Origin: Daphnia carinata
Lineage: Eukaryota
Direction: 5' to 3'
Length of the DNA: 64,000 nt
NCBI RefSeq assembly: GCF_022539665.2
Contig: NC_081332.1
Coordinates: 6,758,001-6,822,000 of the forward strand
Shown: piece by piece, positions 48,975 through 63,937 of the stretch
Numbering within the stretch: position 1 is the stretch's first letter
How the letters are laid out: each line of letters opens with the position of its first letter
Translations under genes and position numbers: made by a program
The notes under the pieces: generated by a model
The model's input: the letters and a program-made list of their open reading frames with translations, nothing else
Told to the model about the DNA's origin: nothing
Databases searched by the model: none

Positions 48975-49990
48975 ATGGCTAAGTATGTGTTGCAATTTAC
49001 ATTATCTTCTTATTAATCACACAATAAAAAATCATTTCACATTTAGATCATACGAATTTCAAGGAAAGTCCTCAAGTGGTTTTGGGTGAACGACACATAG
49101 AAAGACCAAATAAAGTTGTTGTCACACATGCTAAACATCAAAAGCAAAATATTGCTTAATCATCATCAGTACCCAAATAACCAAATTTTGGTATGTATAT
49201 AAGTAACACAATCTTTTATAATCCAGCCTTGAACAGATTTTTTACTGTTACAGCCCATAAAATTCTAATTTAATTCATGCAGAAGAGGAATTTGCTCTCA
49301 AGATGCCTTGTGATATAATCCAACTCCCAAGTGGATGGCACCAGACTGCATATCCCATTAAATGTGCTGAAACGGAAAAGTGTTTCATGAAACTGATAGA
49401 AGTAACTGTTACACCTGTTTGTTTCATGCCTAAAACAGTTAAAGGTGCCAAAATTGACTTAAAGTTAAAAAAGATTGATTTTTATGTTAATCGTCGTCAT
49501 CTTTGTGCAGGAGTGAAGGATTTGAAACATTAGTTGATGTTAACCTGCCTCTTTGCGTGTTTGATAAATTAAAACTTTGTCCAGGAATCGATCAGAAAAA
49601 CCCTCCGTTTATGGATGGAATTATCATACCGTCAGGTAAGCTGTCAGAAGGAATTTGGCACTCTAACAGGTTTACACTATATATACTTTTAATCATTATT
49701 TCAGTAATAATAAATCTTCATTTTCATTATCAAGGTGTAAACAAGTTGTATTTAATGAATCACCTTGCAAAGAATGCCGGACGTTTAAATACGTTCATTC
49801 ACGAAGAATGACTCGAAGCATAGTCTATCAAGACACTTCCTTTATCCAGTGAAGTTTGATGACTTTTGACCAGTTAACGGAACGTGTAGATAAAATTAAC
49901 AAGGCAAACGAGTGCTCCAAGGGTCCAACTTGCACGTATACTTTGCTGCAGTGGCACAATATCAATGCGTACTGCAATGGCTGGAGACGA
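48975..49990 (+). pseudogene. Decayed intron-containing gene fragment, possibly transposase N-terminal-like
   Basis: broken reading frames QLPSGWH..., KLCPGID...GIWHSNR|C...PCKECRT with splice-like junctions; identity not established. Confidence 0.3.
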
Positions 49991-51235
49991 TGAAGTAAAA
50001 ACCACGTCGGTAGCATAAGGCTAAGGGGCTGCGAGGATAAACGTGCTATAAATATGCATATTACGTCGTGCGCCTTGAAAACACTATAGGCAGTTCTTTA
50101 CATTCTACCTACTAGTTCCATGTATTAGTAACTGACGTTTTCACGCGTTGTTAGTTACTATACGAACTTTTTTATCGTGAACGTTGTTTTATTTTTAAAA
50201 AAATTTTGTCCAATGAGAAAAAAATGAGAGAAAAATGAGACACTTTATTACAGAGGAATATAGATGCACAAAATAATTGAAGTAGTTTATATGAATTGGG
50301 GGAGAATCAAGAAGAATGAATAAAGATAAACATATTTCATGTAGAAACCAATTACATGCGAAAAAGCCGGTATCTGAAACAGTGAACCTGTAGGCAAAAC
50401 GAAAAAAATGCTTGAAATGTCTTCAAAACGTACGACTCGATCCCATGAGCAGGACCTAGCATGTCCGACGAACGAAATTCCTTGATCTGCTTTGTAGTGT
50501 AGGCTATGGTGATATCGTCTAAGCAATACATTTCACGGTCACCTTTCTCTTTTCTCTTATCACAGTGATTATAGCAGACAAAAGTTAATATTATTCTAGC
50601 AGACGACGGCATTCCCCAATGTCAGCCCCCAAGTTTTAGTTACGTTCTGTTGCGCTTCCATTTTTTTTTTTAACGTTTTCCATTGCTATTCAACAATATA
50701 ATAGCAAGTCGTGTATGGCTCTTACTTTGTGCTGTTTCAGGACACGCAGTATTTGGGTGTTTGCTCTGTAACCAGAGTTGCTCTTCTATTATTAAAGTAA
50801 GTGAACTCAATAGGCATGAACCTCCTGCGTATGACATTAGGTCATTTTATGGGTACACTGAATTGTTATTTGGGAACGACGAAAGAAACCCTGATTGATT
50901 TATTCTAGCGTAACATCAATATAAAAAAAAACTTTACCTGCCTCCCGTGCTGTCGAAAAGCAATGGAAGTCGCCTGTTTTGCACAATGATAGCGTTACAG
51001 CAAATTTTAATTACTAATTGGGAATTTAAATGATTGAACGCAATTTCTCAGAGAGCATACTGCAGTATATTGCTACCACATCAAAAAGCTCGTTGAAGTG
51101 GTATTGCGAACGTATTACTACGTATTGTGTTAAACGTATTACGATAAAAGGAATAAAAACTTGTTCGCCAACTTGTCCTCATTAAATAATTGATAATATG
51201 GTTAACCTTTTTATTCCGTTAACGGTTTCTAGATA

Positions 51236-53466
51236 ATGACGGAAAAAATTGAAGATCTAACCTCATGGGTTAGAACACTGGACGTGGAAACCGAATCGCC
51301 TATCGAAGGGTTGATAGTTGGTAAGTTGCACTACAGAAGTTTTTTGTTCGATCATTAGCTTTTGGCATTGCCATGCTTTACCGCCCTTAGGTAAAATTCC
51401 AGAATGGTTGGAGGGTTCTTTAATACGGAATGGTTCTGGAATATTTGAAATTGGAGAAACAAAAATGAATCACTTGTTCGACGGACTATCTGTTATACAT
51501 CGTTTTGCTATCAATGGCTATGGCCAAGGAAAAGCGACTTACCAGAACCGCATTCTGCAGAGTGACACTTACAAAGAAGCTAAAGCCGCCAATCGGCTGA
51601 CCATGCATCAATTTGGTAAACTTAATGTGTTCAATGCGAAATCTCTACTTTTAAAGTCATGTCTCCTAGGTACGTTTGCATTTCCCGACCCTTGTCAATC
51701 GTTATGGGGAAGGTGTGTCATATTTTTCGTTTAATGTACGTCGATACGAATTCATTCATGCTGTATTGATTTAATCCATAGATTTATGGCACGATTTGAA
51801 CCAGTGACCAAAAGGGAGAAAACGGACAATTGTTGTGTTAGCGTTTGTTATTTAGGAGACAAATTGTATGCCTTTACTGAAACTCCTCAAATTCGCCAAG
51901 TTGATGCAGAAACCCTTGAAACCGTTGGAGAAAAGGTTGACTATTCGTAAAATGAATATTTTTTTTTATTTAATGACTTTATGGATGCAGTGCAACATCA
52001 GCAAACTAGTGGCCGTTAATCATTCAACTGCCCACCCTCACGTTCTTGACGATGGCACTGTTTATAACATGGGAAATTCCATAGGATCAAATGGACCCAT
52101 TTACAACATAATTGAATTTCCCGCGGGTACCTTAAACATCCAACTAAGCTGTGCTGCGCTAAATTCATTTTGTTTAAGGGGCTGGTGCATTGGAGGGAGC
52201 GAAAATTGTAGCAAGCTTTCCGTCTCGTTGGAAAATGAGTCACTCTTACTACCATAGCTTTGGAATTACGGAAAATTATTTTGTTTTCGTTGAATTTCCG
52301 TTAATCCTAAACACGGCGGTATGCTCTTGTTGGTTTGTTGTTCACAATGAAGTTAAACATCATGCCCTTCTTACCTGTAGAAGCTGCTAGCAATGAATCT
52401 AAGACAAAAGTCTGTTGATTCATCGTTGGAGTGGTTTCCTAATGAAAAGGTAGTAAAAAAACAGGATTTTTTCTCATTATGCAAACTATTGAAAACTTTT
52501 GTGTCGTTTAAGTGCCGTATCCTTCTGGTGGAGAGAAAAACTGGCGAACTAGTTGAAACGGTTTATGAGGCTCCACCCTTCTTTTGCTTTCATCATGGAA
52601 ACTGTTACGAGAAAAATGGCTGTATCATTATGGATATTTCACATTGCAAGGACGCCACAGTAAGTGTGTGCTTTATAATCAGCTCAGCAATTATTTCGAA
52701 TGATTCATTCTTTTTCAGATTTTTGCTGGTTTAAGTCTGAAAAGCTTACGTGAGAATAGAGGTGACTTTACGAACACTTATTACACTCGCTTCGTACTGC
52801 CGTTAGCTGTTGAGGTACTATACTTATACAGCTGATAGTATCATCAGAACTTAATAAAAAATTCCTCAGCCTCCTACAGATAACGATTTTCAGGACTGCA
52901 AAAATTTAGTAGAAGTGGAAGAATCAAAATGCAAATCATACTGGCAATCAAATAAGACAATCTTTTGTGAACCCGAGCGTTTACTGGAGCAGAGCTTAGA
53001 ACTTCCACGAATAAACTACTCGAGAAATGGAAAAGAGTATAGATATGTCTACGGAATTTCGCAGTTGGACGGTTACGCCGAATCAGAAAAGGTAAACCAA
53101 GTATATGTCTACATTAAACGCAAATCCGTCCTGGTAAAGCTCAAACATTTTAACTACAAATTTCGGTATCCAAAATAGATCTTAAGATTGGATCTGAATA
53201 CCAGAGAAGTAAAACAATGGGCTAAAGCTGGATTTAGTCCGTCCGAACCTGTTTACGTTTCGCGTCCTGAATCCATTGAGGAAGACGATGGAGTCGTCTT
53301 ATTTTCTGCAGTAGATCAGGTTAACCCAAAGAAGGTTTTACTGATAATTTTAAATGCCGCCACGTTTAAAGAAGAAGCTGTGGTAGAATACGTTGCACCA
53401 GGGATAATAACAAAAGATTTCCATGGCATATTCTCCCGAACGGGGGACATAGTTCATGGTTACTGA
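51236..53466 (+). CDS. Carotenoid cleavage oxygenase (BCO/NinaB/RPE65 family), multi-exon
   Basis: [31 protein letters not shown], four Fe-binding His motifs (TAHPH, YYHSFG, FHHGN, DFHG), ELPRINY, PSEPVYV, EDDGVV. Confidence 0.92.
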
Positions 53467-54837
53467 TGCTATCCCATTCCAACATAATCCATGTTCAGCC
53501 GACCTTTGTCTTTTTCTTTTTGCTTTTCAATCATGTTCGTCCTCTCAAGTGAATTTTTCGCTTGTTGGCTTTCCCAACTAATATTGGCTTTTACATGTAA
53601 TCGAAGTATGAATTATGTGTGAATCTCTTTTGGGAAGAGAAAAGGAGGTTGGAAAATGTCGGTATCATGAAATGAAACGCCAAATGTGTAACAGAAATAT
53701 ATACCTCCATTATAACAATAATGCATTATCAGGAAGAAAACATCAGCACTAAAATCGTTCAATAACGCACACGTTGTTAACTGAGATATTTACTAGCTTT
53801 TTGGGTTTGGAGAATGGGATTTTTCAAATTTATATGTCACTGCGCTTTACGTAATAAACGATACCGTTGTACCAAGAAATGTGTGACTTGTTCAATTCAA
53901 CATGAAATACATTTTCTTGAAAAAAAAAAATCTCTTAGCGTATTTTGTTAACCACGACGGAAACAGGGCAGCAATTGCACTTCTCCGACTGTCTAGCTTT
54001 TACAGTTCAGCACGAGAAATATTCTAAAACGTTACTTCTAGCTTTAAAAATAATATACCTACTCAACATATCAAATCAACAGTAGTGACGCGAAGGTCGT
54101 AAGAAAAAATACGTACAGCATAGCACAAACAGTCACAACATAGCAACTAATTTTTCTTTTTTTTGGGGGGGGGGGTCTATGCTCATAACTATCGGACTGG
54201 AATGGATCGCTGAAAATCATTACCTTTTACCCTCTTTATACCTCGTATAGCCAACCGTTTTTCACAAAGGTTTACCTTTTTTTGGCGCCCTCTCTACGGC
54301 TACGCGATTCAAACAAAGACTCGCGCTCCGAGTTTCACTTGTTTTTTTATATCCAATGGCGCTGATTCGCGGTTGTCGCCTGCTTCTAATAAAGTAGGGT
54401 CGAATCCACGCGGATTTAGAAAAATAACCACCGATGCAAGAAGGAAACCCTAACGAATTACTTAACTGCTTATATTGTACTGATAACATCATAAGTAGAC
54501 AGGTAAAGTAATTCTACAACTTTCAGTTCAACGTCAGCGCTAAGCTAGCCGACTTTTTGGATGAGACTTTTGGCTCTTGTTTTCTCCCGGTTCGTTTCGG
54601 TGGTTTCTAACGGTAACGTTGCTTTGTGTCCCGCACTGTCGTAATCAGATCGTCTCTCGTGTATGATTGTGGGATTCGTCTGGGACTATTGCTATCCAGT
54701 CTTCCCTTCAAGTTTTAATCATTTTTACTTTCTAACATCTGATGTTAAAACACTGTGTTGGCATTCTGTGCTCATCTCTTCACTGAAAACTATAGTTCTA
54801 AACTTGTGCAGTGCAGAGTGCTGTATGATCAAACGCC

Positions 54838-57800
54838 ATGCCGCTTCTACGTCGCCAACCGTTCGTTCCCAATTTACCGCCGCCTGATCTTCGTCCTGAA
54901 GAAGAAGTCTTCTTTTGCCCACTCACCAAAGAAATCTTCAGAGACTTTGAGTATGTTTTGCTTGTATTTTCATGGTTACAGAATGGTCCCACTTCTTTTG
55001 CTTACATATTGGCTGATAGTGAAAAAAAAACTTCAGTTTGTGTCATACTTTATTCTTCATAGCATTTATTGTTTGTGAAAAGCTTTTATTTCAATTATGT
55101 TCAACAGTGCTATGTTTGTTACGTTTTCAGAGCCTTTTTTGAGAGGACCATTCTTTGCAATTCTTTGGTTTGGTCATGTTCATTGACAGCCAAAAGCAAT
55201 TTGACGTATCAAGAAGCCATTGAAAGTGAGAAACGAGCACTTCAATCTGTTAGTGACATTCCATTTGAGGTATTTGTTTTTTCTTGCATTGATAAAACAC
55301 CAACTAACTTTTCTTGTCAATAGTTGAGGCAACCTTTACTGCTTGTAGCTTCCCTCACATGCAGAGGAAAAGTAAATGATGCATGTGATGATGTGTATTA
55401 CTTTATGAAAGATCGTTATTTCAAAAATGAACATGTGGAAGCTATTCTTCGTTCAAAGTGGTATCCTGCACGAGTACTACGTGTGGTACCACCTACCACT
55501 CAAGAACTGGAACAGTACAAACAAGAACCAGATGATGAACTGAGCACAGAAGACAAATTGATGATGCTGGAACAGTACGGACCTCCTCCTGAGTTATTTA
55601 AATATGAAGTCAGGGAAATTGTTGATGATAGAAGCGGAACTGTTGAACCTATTCACACGGTATGTCGTTTGTTTTCTTGCCTCTCCTTCTTTTCCTTAGT
55701 TATAATAGCGCAATTTCACGCTTCGCAATTTTACATTTATTTTTAGGTAACTGTGGACTGCATCAGAAGAGAAAAAGGCTTCTATTCTCGAGATAAAGTT
55801 CGGTTATATTTACGCTACTGCCTGCAGTTCGAGGAGTATGAAGGCATCTGGGTTGTAAAGGTAAATTTTGAATTAATGGTATCTATCTTAGTCATTCGCT
55901 ATTCTTATTCTTTTAATACGTCAGCCTGAAGCATGGAACAAGTTGAACATGGACTCCGTCAAATACACCGAGATTTTTACTGGTGAAAAACCAAGGTTTG
56001 AAGAGAAAAGGGCTGCAAAGAAAGTCAACAAAAGTTTGTCAACTAGCAAGGGAGGTGAGACGCCCAAAGCAGCTAAAACACCTAAAACACCCAAAACCCC
56101 ATCCAGTGACAAAGAGAGTAACGGTAAGAGTACACCGGTAAGAGGAACGCCAAGCAAAAAAGGCCAACCAGACACCACACGGAATGCAAAATCTGCTACC
56201 AAAAGTCCTAAGTTGGACGCTGAAGCTTTGGCGAAGGAATTCATCAAGTAATTTAAAAATCATTACTATTATTTCTCCCCCTCCCTCTTTTTTTATTTAT
56301 TTATTTTTTTCCCTTTTTTTGTCTGATAAGTCGTTTAATTATCTCATTTCCCTGTTAGAATTCGCGAAGAACGTGAAAGTCTGCGGCAAATTGCTGATCA
56401 ACGGAAACAGCAAAAGGTCGATGAAAAGTTACTAGCAAAAGAAAAAAAGAAGGAAGAAAAGCGAGTGATGGCTGAATACGTTAAGGTAAATTTAAAATAA
56501 TTGATTCGAAAAATACCCATTTGCTTTATATTCCGATGAAATTTAGGAATGGAGCAAAATTCGTGAAGACTTGGAATGCGACGACCTTAAAGATTTGCCT
56601 TCACCAACGCCTGTTCAATGTGCTATTCCCAACGGAATTTTCGGCGATTTCATTATGGTGTTGGAGTTTTTCTTAGCGTTTGGCGAAGAGCTGCAGTTAA
56701 AAGATGCTTTTCCGGGAGGGCTCACATTCGAACTTTTAGAACGAGCAGTAGTGGAAAGTGAAGTGTCTGGTCCTCTCAGTGACATTTTGCAAGCGTTGCT
56801 CAGTTCTTTGTTTGAATTCCAAGACGCCGAATCTGAGGAAGTGAAAGAAGCTGGGTATACAACAACTGGTAGCCAAGAAACTGAAGTAGCCGAAGGGGGA
56901 CTAACTTACCAGGTAGCTTAAACTGATATTTATTTATTTATTTTTCTTATTTGCTTATCTTTTTCGTTATTTTCTTGGCGAGGGGGAAGCTGTGGGGTCT
57001 CTGTTTTTTAATTGCTCTTGGTAAAGTGATGAAGGTTATGAACTTAATTGTGTCATTTTTTCAGGGTACTCCTCTGAAAAAGTTGTCTATGGATTCATTA
57101 ACTGTATCTGAAATACTTCGGCTCCACTTAGTCTCATCTGGTGGTGGCAGCAGTGAACTGCGCACAAAGTGGCGTTATCAGCAGCGTGGTGGATATAGTG
57201 CTGCTGATGATCCTGGCGTGCAGTTGCGCCAAGAAGATCCGCATATTCTCCACGCGTTGGCCCATAGCACGGTTTACGAATTGCCGATCGGTGATAAGAT
57301 GAAGATCATCAAATGCCTTTGTCATCAAATACTCACATACGCTTCAATAAGAGACGTACTTGAAGAAAAGAGTAGTAAACTTACACATTTACGTCAAGAA
57401 CTGAGAGCCTTGCATGCTAACGAGAGACGTATGAGAAAAGAAGACGTTATTAATCGAGCCAAGCTACGTTCCGAAGAGAATGGCAACACGGAAGATGGGC
57501 CAGAATTAGAGAAATTACTTCAAGAAACTGCCAAAAGGAAAGGAGAGGTCCTGAAGAAGGAGCAACAACTTCGCCAACAAATTCTCAAAATGCAAGCTAT
57601 GACGCATCTGACGCCTCTTGGACAAGATCGTGCGTTCCGGTAAGTCGCGATGGATGTTTAGGAAACATACAGTATTAACGTATAAAACATATTTAGGAGG
57701 TTTTGGGTTTTTGAATCGCTTCCCGGCTTTTTCGTCGAGCATGATGATGATTATGTCGGAACTTGCTTGCCTGAACCTACTCCATATTCCATAGAAAAAC

Positions 57801-60800
57801 CTAATGGATTACCGGTCGATCCTAGTAAATGCAAAGAAGACATCCGCAAGTTCTTCAAAACTGCAAATAAAGAGAATGATATTTCAAACGAACCTGTCTG
57901 CGAAAAGTGAGTATTTCTTTTGATTTTGTTCGTCTTGTTCTAATAATTCTTATAACCATTTGGAAATTAGGCCCAAGGTATTCGGCGTTTGTACGTCTAA
58001 CCCAACGAATTGCCCTGTCCACGCTACCTACCTCTCACGAACAAAATGGTCGTTCTACGATAATGTTGATTCTATTGATCAACTCATACTGAACCTTAAT
58101 GAGCGAGGGTATCGCGAGAACGCATTAAAAAACATCCTGCTGCAAGAAAAGGAAAGGATTGTTGATGGAATCACCAAGTGCTTCGTCCACCGTTTAGATA
58201 ATTCCAGACCTGAAGTGAAGATTGAAAGTGAAACACGCAAATCCACAAGACAAATACGAAAGGAAAAAGAATACGATATCAACCTTTATTTTCCCGCCGG
58301 TACTCCTGTTGAAGAAATTATGGAACGCACGCTCATCGATATGATACTTGAAACAGAGGAAAAAATCTTTATTGGTGGATTGGGATCTCTCAAGGTATGT
58401 TAGGTTAACTATAAGCATTTAAAATAATGGACAGATTAGAAGTTCCTGTTTTTGTTTATTGATGTGCATAGGTCAAAGACAGAAATTCGTGGAGATCGTC
58501 TCTAGAGGCCCGAAAGTTTGTTCCTCAGGTTGATACCTTGACATGGGGCGGAAAGCTTGTGACGAAAACTCAGCCGAAGCTCGAACACAATGATATTGAA
58601 GAAGATGATAATCGCTCCGAAATAAGTTCATCAGTAGAAGGTGAAAGTGTAGCAAATGCTGTGCCGAAAAAGAGCGTTGTCGATCTAGCATGTTCCGTAC
58701 TTCAGTTAGCTCAAAGTGTGGAAAGCAAGTATTTGAAGAAGCCTCTTGGTGAGCTACCATTTTACAACTATTTTAGGCAACATTGAATCTGAGGTACAAT
58801 TTTAGGCGAAGACGAAAAAGAAAGAAAGAAACGATTGAAAGCTGAAGAAGCCATGAAAAAATGGGAAGATCACAAAGAGCCTGACAAAGCAGACACAAAA
58901 AGTAAGCGTCCATTCTTTCACATATTGTATTTACAGCAACTTTATATGCAAATATGATTTATAGTCGAACCGAAAGCAGTACGGACACCTTTAGAAAAGT
59001 GGGAGCTGTCTCTTCATGCCTGTACAAGTCTGCCCCAGTTGTACGTTCACCTAGCGCTACTAGGTAAGTCCTTTTATCAAGTGATCTACTTTATATCTGA
59101 CTTAAGCTGGGTTGTATCTCACAAATAAATTTAATCTTCAAAAAAAAAAAATTTTAAATTGATACAGATAACAGTATTACATGGAATCGCTCAGCATTGA
59201 ATGCCCGATGCCGCATTTGTCGCCGTAAAGGTGACCCCGAGAAAATGCTACTTTGTGATGGATGTGACAAAGGACATCACATGTACTGTTTAAAACCTTT
59301 GCTCACGGTGGTTCCAGAAGGAGATTGGTGAATTCAATTAGTATGACAGTATTTTTTAAATATAATTTGACTCACGATTGTTATTCTTTAAGGTTCTGTG
59401 CCGAATGTAAACCTCGCGAGAAACCACGAACTCCTCGCAAAGCACGCCGTGTTTTCTCTGAAGAGTCCGAAGATGAGGCTGTTGAGGAGGAAGAAGCGGA
59501 AGCTGGTGAAGAGGAGGCTGAGGCAGAAGCTGAGGAAGGCGAAAGTGAGGTCGAATCGATACACAATGAAACCTGCCCAGTTTGTCAAGAAGGAGGAGAA
59601 GTCATCTGCTGTGACACATGCCCCGCTGTCTACCACTTAGAGTGCATCAATCCTCCTTTGAGAAAAGTCCCGAGGGGCAAGTGGTCATGCCCTCAGTGCA
59701 AGTCGCCTCCTCAAGATAAAGAACGAGGCAAACTTCGGGAAAAAAGTAAGCTATTTTGATACAATTACTTTTTCAAGCTTTTTGCTCACTTAAAGATGCA
59801 TGTAAAAGTATATAATCTAACCATTAATTTTGTTTTCTTTTTATCTTTTCTTGCAGACTCGGATGGTAGGACATCTTCAAGAGTTTCTCGGGCTCGTCAC
59901 GCCATTGATTTCTATGAAGAAACCAAAGATATGGCAAGGAATCCGGGGACTCGGAAGCGTACGCAAACCGATCCCGTTCGAGCCAAATCGCCGTCCGACT
60001 TGACCCTAGGCAAACGTCGCTCGGCCGCTGAAGCTGTTGACAAGATTGCCCAATCATCCAAGCGACTCAGGGGGGACAGCAACGATGGTAAGAGATTTCT
60101 TTACCGCAAGTAAACGTTTTAATAACATAACATACCATGACCACCGAGTTTCACATCCTCCCGCACCTCGTTCAAAGACCGTTTTACCTTGATTCATTTC
60201 TTCAAGTACCAAGGTTGTTCCACTCATTATCGTAACTTATCGGCCTTGACTTTGACATTGCCTTATGACGTACTTTTTGTTGAATTCTTTAAAAGCTGTG
60301 AGAATTGGAGCCACCCTGCCACCTGCCAATTTTCGTAATAAAAGGATCAACCACTTTTACCTGACTGATTTATTTTTTCCTTCGTACTGAAAATGCTAAT
60401 ACAATTTCGCTTAAACGTTTGTGCGTCACAAGCAAGCTAGCTTGCATTTTTGTCCTAAAATGTACCGTAGAACTTATCCTGGGAGCTAGCATTTGTCCCA
60501 AACAGACTCGTGAGGCTATCAGTTCTGTATTTTGTGTATATATTTAAACTCTTTTAAACGTATGCAAGTCTAAAGTTATCCAGTTATTAGTTAACATCAT
60601 ATTTTATTGATTTTATTGAATTTTAGATGAAAGTGGAAATAGTGACAGCAACAGCAAGTGGAATGGATCAGCCCATCGGAAAAGAAGTCGCCCATTGCCA
60701 TTACCTTCCGCAACGTCTCCATCCGGATTTGTGGACTTGGCTGATTTACTTCAACTTTTGGCCGATTGCAGCAATCATGCGGACAGTTGGCCGTTTCTCA

Positions 60801-61405
60801 AGCCCGTTACAAGAGCCGAGGTAAAACTGTGTTAAATTACTCGCACTCTCCTTTCAGAGACAGAGAGAGAAACGAAAAAGAAACCTTTGCATATTATATT
60901 GCTTTGGAAAGTTCAATTGGCTTGTGTTGGATTTCTCACTGCTGGTCATTAAAAACTGTAATTGATACCATGCTTTAATTATTTGAAGCATTGTACTGCG
61001 TTTTAAATTTTTGTTCCCTTTGTAACGTTTTACCAAAACAATTTCTTTGTTTGCCTTTTTAGGCCCCTGACTATCATCGAGTCATCAAACAAGCAATGGA
61101 TCTTGGTACAATGAAGTACAAACTTAATACAGTACAGTACAAGACCGCGGAAGATTTCCTCAAGGATTTGCAACTGATATTCACAAATTGCTTTACTTAC
61201 AATAACGACGCTGCCGACGAATACAAGTAAGTTCACATTTATTGCGTATTTTGATTTCAGCAACCTGTGTATTTTTGGGTTGTTGAATTTTATAATCTAA
61301 TTTGTTTTCTTTTCTTGAATCTTTTCTAGATGTGGTCAGAACCTCAGTCGATTTGCCGAAAAGCAATTAGGAAAGCTAGGCATGAAGATGATACACACGG
61401 ATTAA
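54838..61405 (+). CDS. BAZ1A: ACF1/BAZ1A chromatin-remodelling subunit (WAC, DDT, WHIM, two PHD fingers, bromodomain)
   Basis: MPLLRRQPF...[109 protein letters not shown]; stop at 61403-61405. Confidence 0.93.
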
Positions 61406-63075
61406 AATTTGATCTAGTTTTCTACCTATTCTTTACACATTATCCCGAAACCGCTAAAAGTCATTCGTTCGACAACCCTAATGGAAATATTGGATAATAC
61501 CACGTATGTCTCTTTTATGTTATAATTTTGGCAACCAGTCATGGTTGCTTGTTGCGTTTCCAGTTTAAAGTAATAAGAATTTTGGAACGTTAAAATAACA
61601 AAGTAAGTGAAAATACACTTGAAACCGACTAGGTAAATGTAAATAATGCAAAGTAGTGGTTATTTAGAAACTATAATGCCCCTATAGTTCAGCTTGCTGC
61701 AAAATAGTGGGCCGACCACCAATTGATATTGGGACAAATTCCAGTACTTTATATGGCCTAGCCAAGGCCTTCTGACTTCCTTGAAACGCAGGCGCTTGTT
61801 TACCTTCTAGACATGTTTTCATTCGCGCCATATTTTCAGCTGAAAAATATCCGAGCAGTGTGTGTAGCCCAGTACCATAAAACCCACGCATCGTCTCCGT
61901 GGCAGTGTCATCTGTTGGGTGAGACTGGGAATCCTTTTAATTATAAGGCGTAGCATGATTGGATTTCAGTTGCATTTCGAGTCTTTTGAAAACTATGGTT
62001 TTCTTCAGGATGAAAAGGCTACTTTTGAGGAGTTTCTCAACAGTATTAAATATATGTGGTTGTAGATTTTGCTGTATTTAATCCGGAAATTTCTAAATGC
62101 ACATCGTTTCCTCCGTCGATCGTATCAGGCATGCTACGTGCTCCTATATCACGTTTATCACTAAACCATTAACAAAAACCCCTTGACAAAAATATTTCAT
62201 TGTATCCGATAACAAGTTAACAACAAAACAAGATAAGAAAATCCGACAGTTGCTTCCTATTACTAGGTGCTGTAGAACGTGATTCCGTCTCCAGATGGAG
62301 TTGCCTGCTCATAATACAGGACAGGCTATCACAGATGTTTGATGAGTACCAAAAAAGGGGGTGTTGCTGATGGGTCGATACTCTTACAAGGACACCGTGA
62401 GCTAGGGCATGGCGGGAAGGCATGCCATGTCCACGACGAACATTAGCTCAAGCACCGAAATGAGCTGAAGCTTTATGTGGCAGTTGGTGAGACGAGCTCG
62501 AAAGGAAAAGCTATAGAGAGTAACTGCCTTTGGGCTCGGGAGTTTAGTACTCTTCCGTGTGCGTTGTTAGCTTGGCGCGTTGGTGCATCGTCCGATTCAT
62601 ATTCTCTTCCTCCTTTCTCATTTTCGTAAGTAATCAATTAACCGATATTATTAGCTCTGCGCAGACGAACGACGCAACGTCATTTATTTTTAAGTTTAAG
62701 AGCAACAGAGCTTAACTCAGAGTTTACATAGTCCCATATTCGCAATTCCGAACATAAAATCTATTTCAAGGACAACAGAAGGAGTTTCGTAGGAGGGAAA
62801 AAAAAATAAAACGATATATCTTAGCAGCAAAGCTAAAGTGTATGTGTTAGATTAGATCAATGGTAAGGTCAGGTCAACCAAGAAAAATAAATGTGGTTGT
62901 TTGGCTAAATGCGCGTATCTAGAAGATTCGTAGTAATTCAAGCAGTGGAAATAGATTCGTGGTATATTGTGGTATTCCAGCATAGCCAAAAAGCTTGATG
63001 TCACCCAAATATATTGTGTTTCAAGATGTTACTTTTCTTTTGCAAGGCTGGGAAACCTTGCTTATCGACAACAAA

Positions 63076-63937
63076 ATGGCTTCAATCAATAGCAATGTGT
63101 CCGAGTCAACAGCTGCGGTCGAGTTCGTACGTCCCGATTTACCAAGTCGTTGCACGTGGCACCGTAATGCTGATCCTGCCACCTCGCCTCACACGGTGAA
63201 ACCTCCGTAAGTTCAATGTTACCTGCATATTGAATGCTCTAAAAAAATCTAATTCTAACTTTATTTATTTTTATCAGGCAACCGCGAAAGAAGATCATGT
63301 CCAATATATTGGACAATATAGGCAACACACCACTAGGTATTTTTGTTGATTGCTTTTGTTACGTATCACTCTGTGGCATTATTATATGGTTTTTCATTTT
63401 CCATTAGTTCGATTGAATTCTATCCCGAAAAGCTATGGGCTCAAGTGCGACATGCGTAAGTATTACATTTATTTTTTTTGGTTAAACAAGAAGTAACATA
63501 TAGATGCATTAGTTGCGAAATGTGAGTTTTTTAACGCTGGTGGAAGCGTTAAGGATCGCATTGGATTGCGGATGGTGGAAGATGCCGAAAAAGCTGGAAA
63601 AATTAAACCTGGAGACGTACTTATCGAACCGACATCTGGAAATACGGGTTGGGATAAACTTGGAATTGTGCCACGAACAGGAAGAATTCTATAACGTTGT
63701 TAATTTTTTTTTTGTAAAAAAGGGATCGGAATTGCATTGGCGGCTGCCGTGAAAGGTTATCGTTGCATTATTGTTCTGCCGGAGAAAATGTCCAACGAAA
63801 AAGTAGACACACTAAAAGCACTTGGAGCAGAGATAGTGCGAACACCAACCTCTGCTACCTTTGATTCTCCTGAAAGTCACATCTCGGTGGCCCAGCGCCT
63901 AAACCGCGATATCCCAAATTCCATGATTCTGGATCAG
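63076..63937 (+). CDS. CBS: Cystathionine beta-synthase, 5' part (continues beyond the window)
   Basis: heme region [10 protein letters not shown]...[26 protein letters not shown] (PLP lysine), [29 protein letters not shown]. Confidence 0.95.

Noticed and set aside
59161..59760. Two PHD fingers in BAZ1A (vertebrate BAZ1A has one canonical PHD)
   Set aside because: Two PHDs is the known arrangement in Drosophila ACF1, so this is not unusual for an arthropod
61682..62423. Short minus-strand ORFs between BAZ1A and CBS
   Set aside because: No motif or splice-consistent model could be supported
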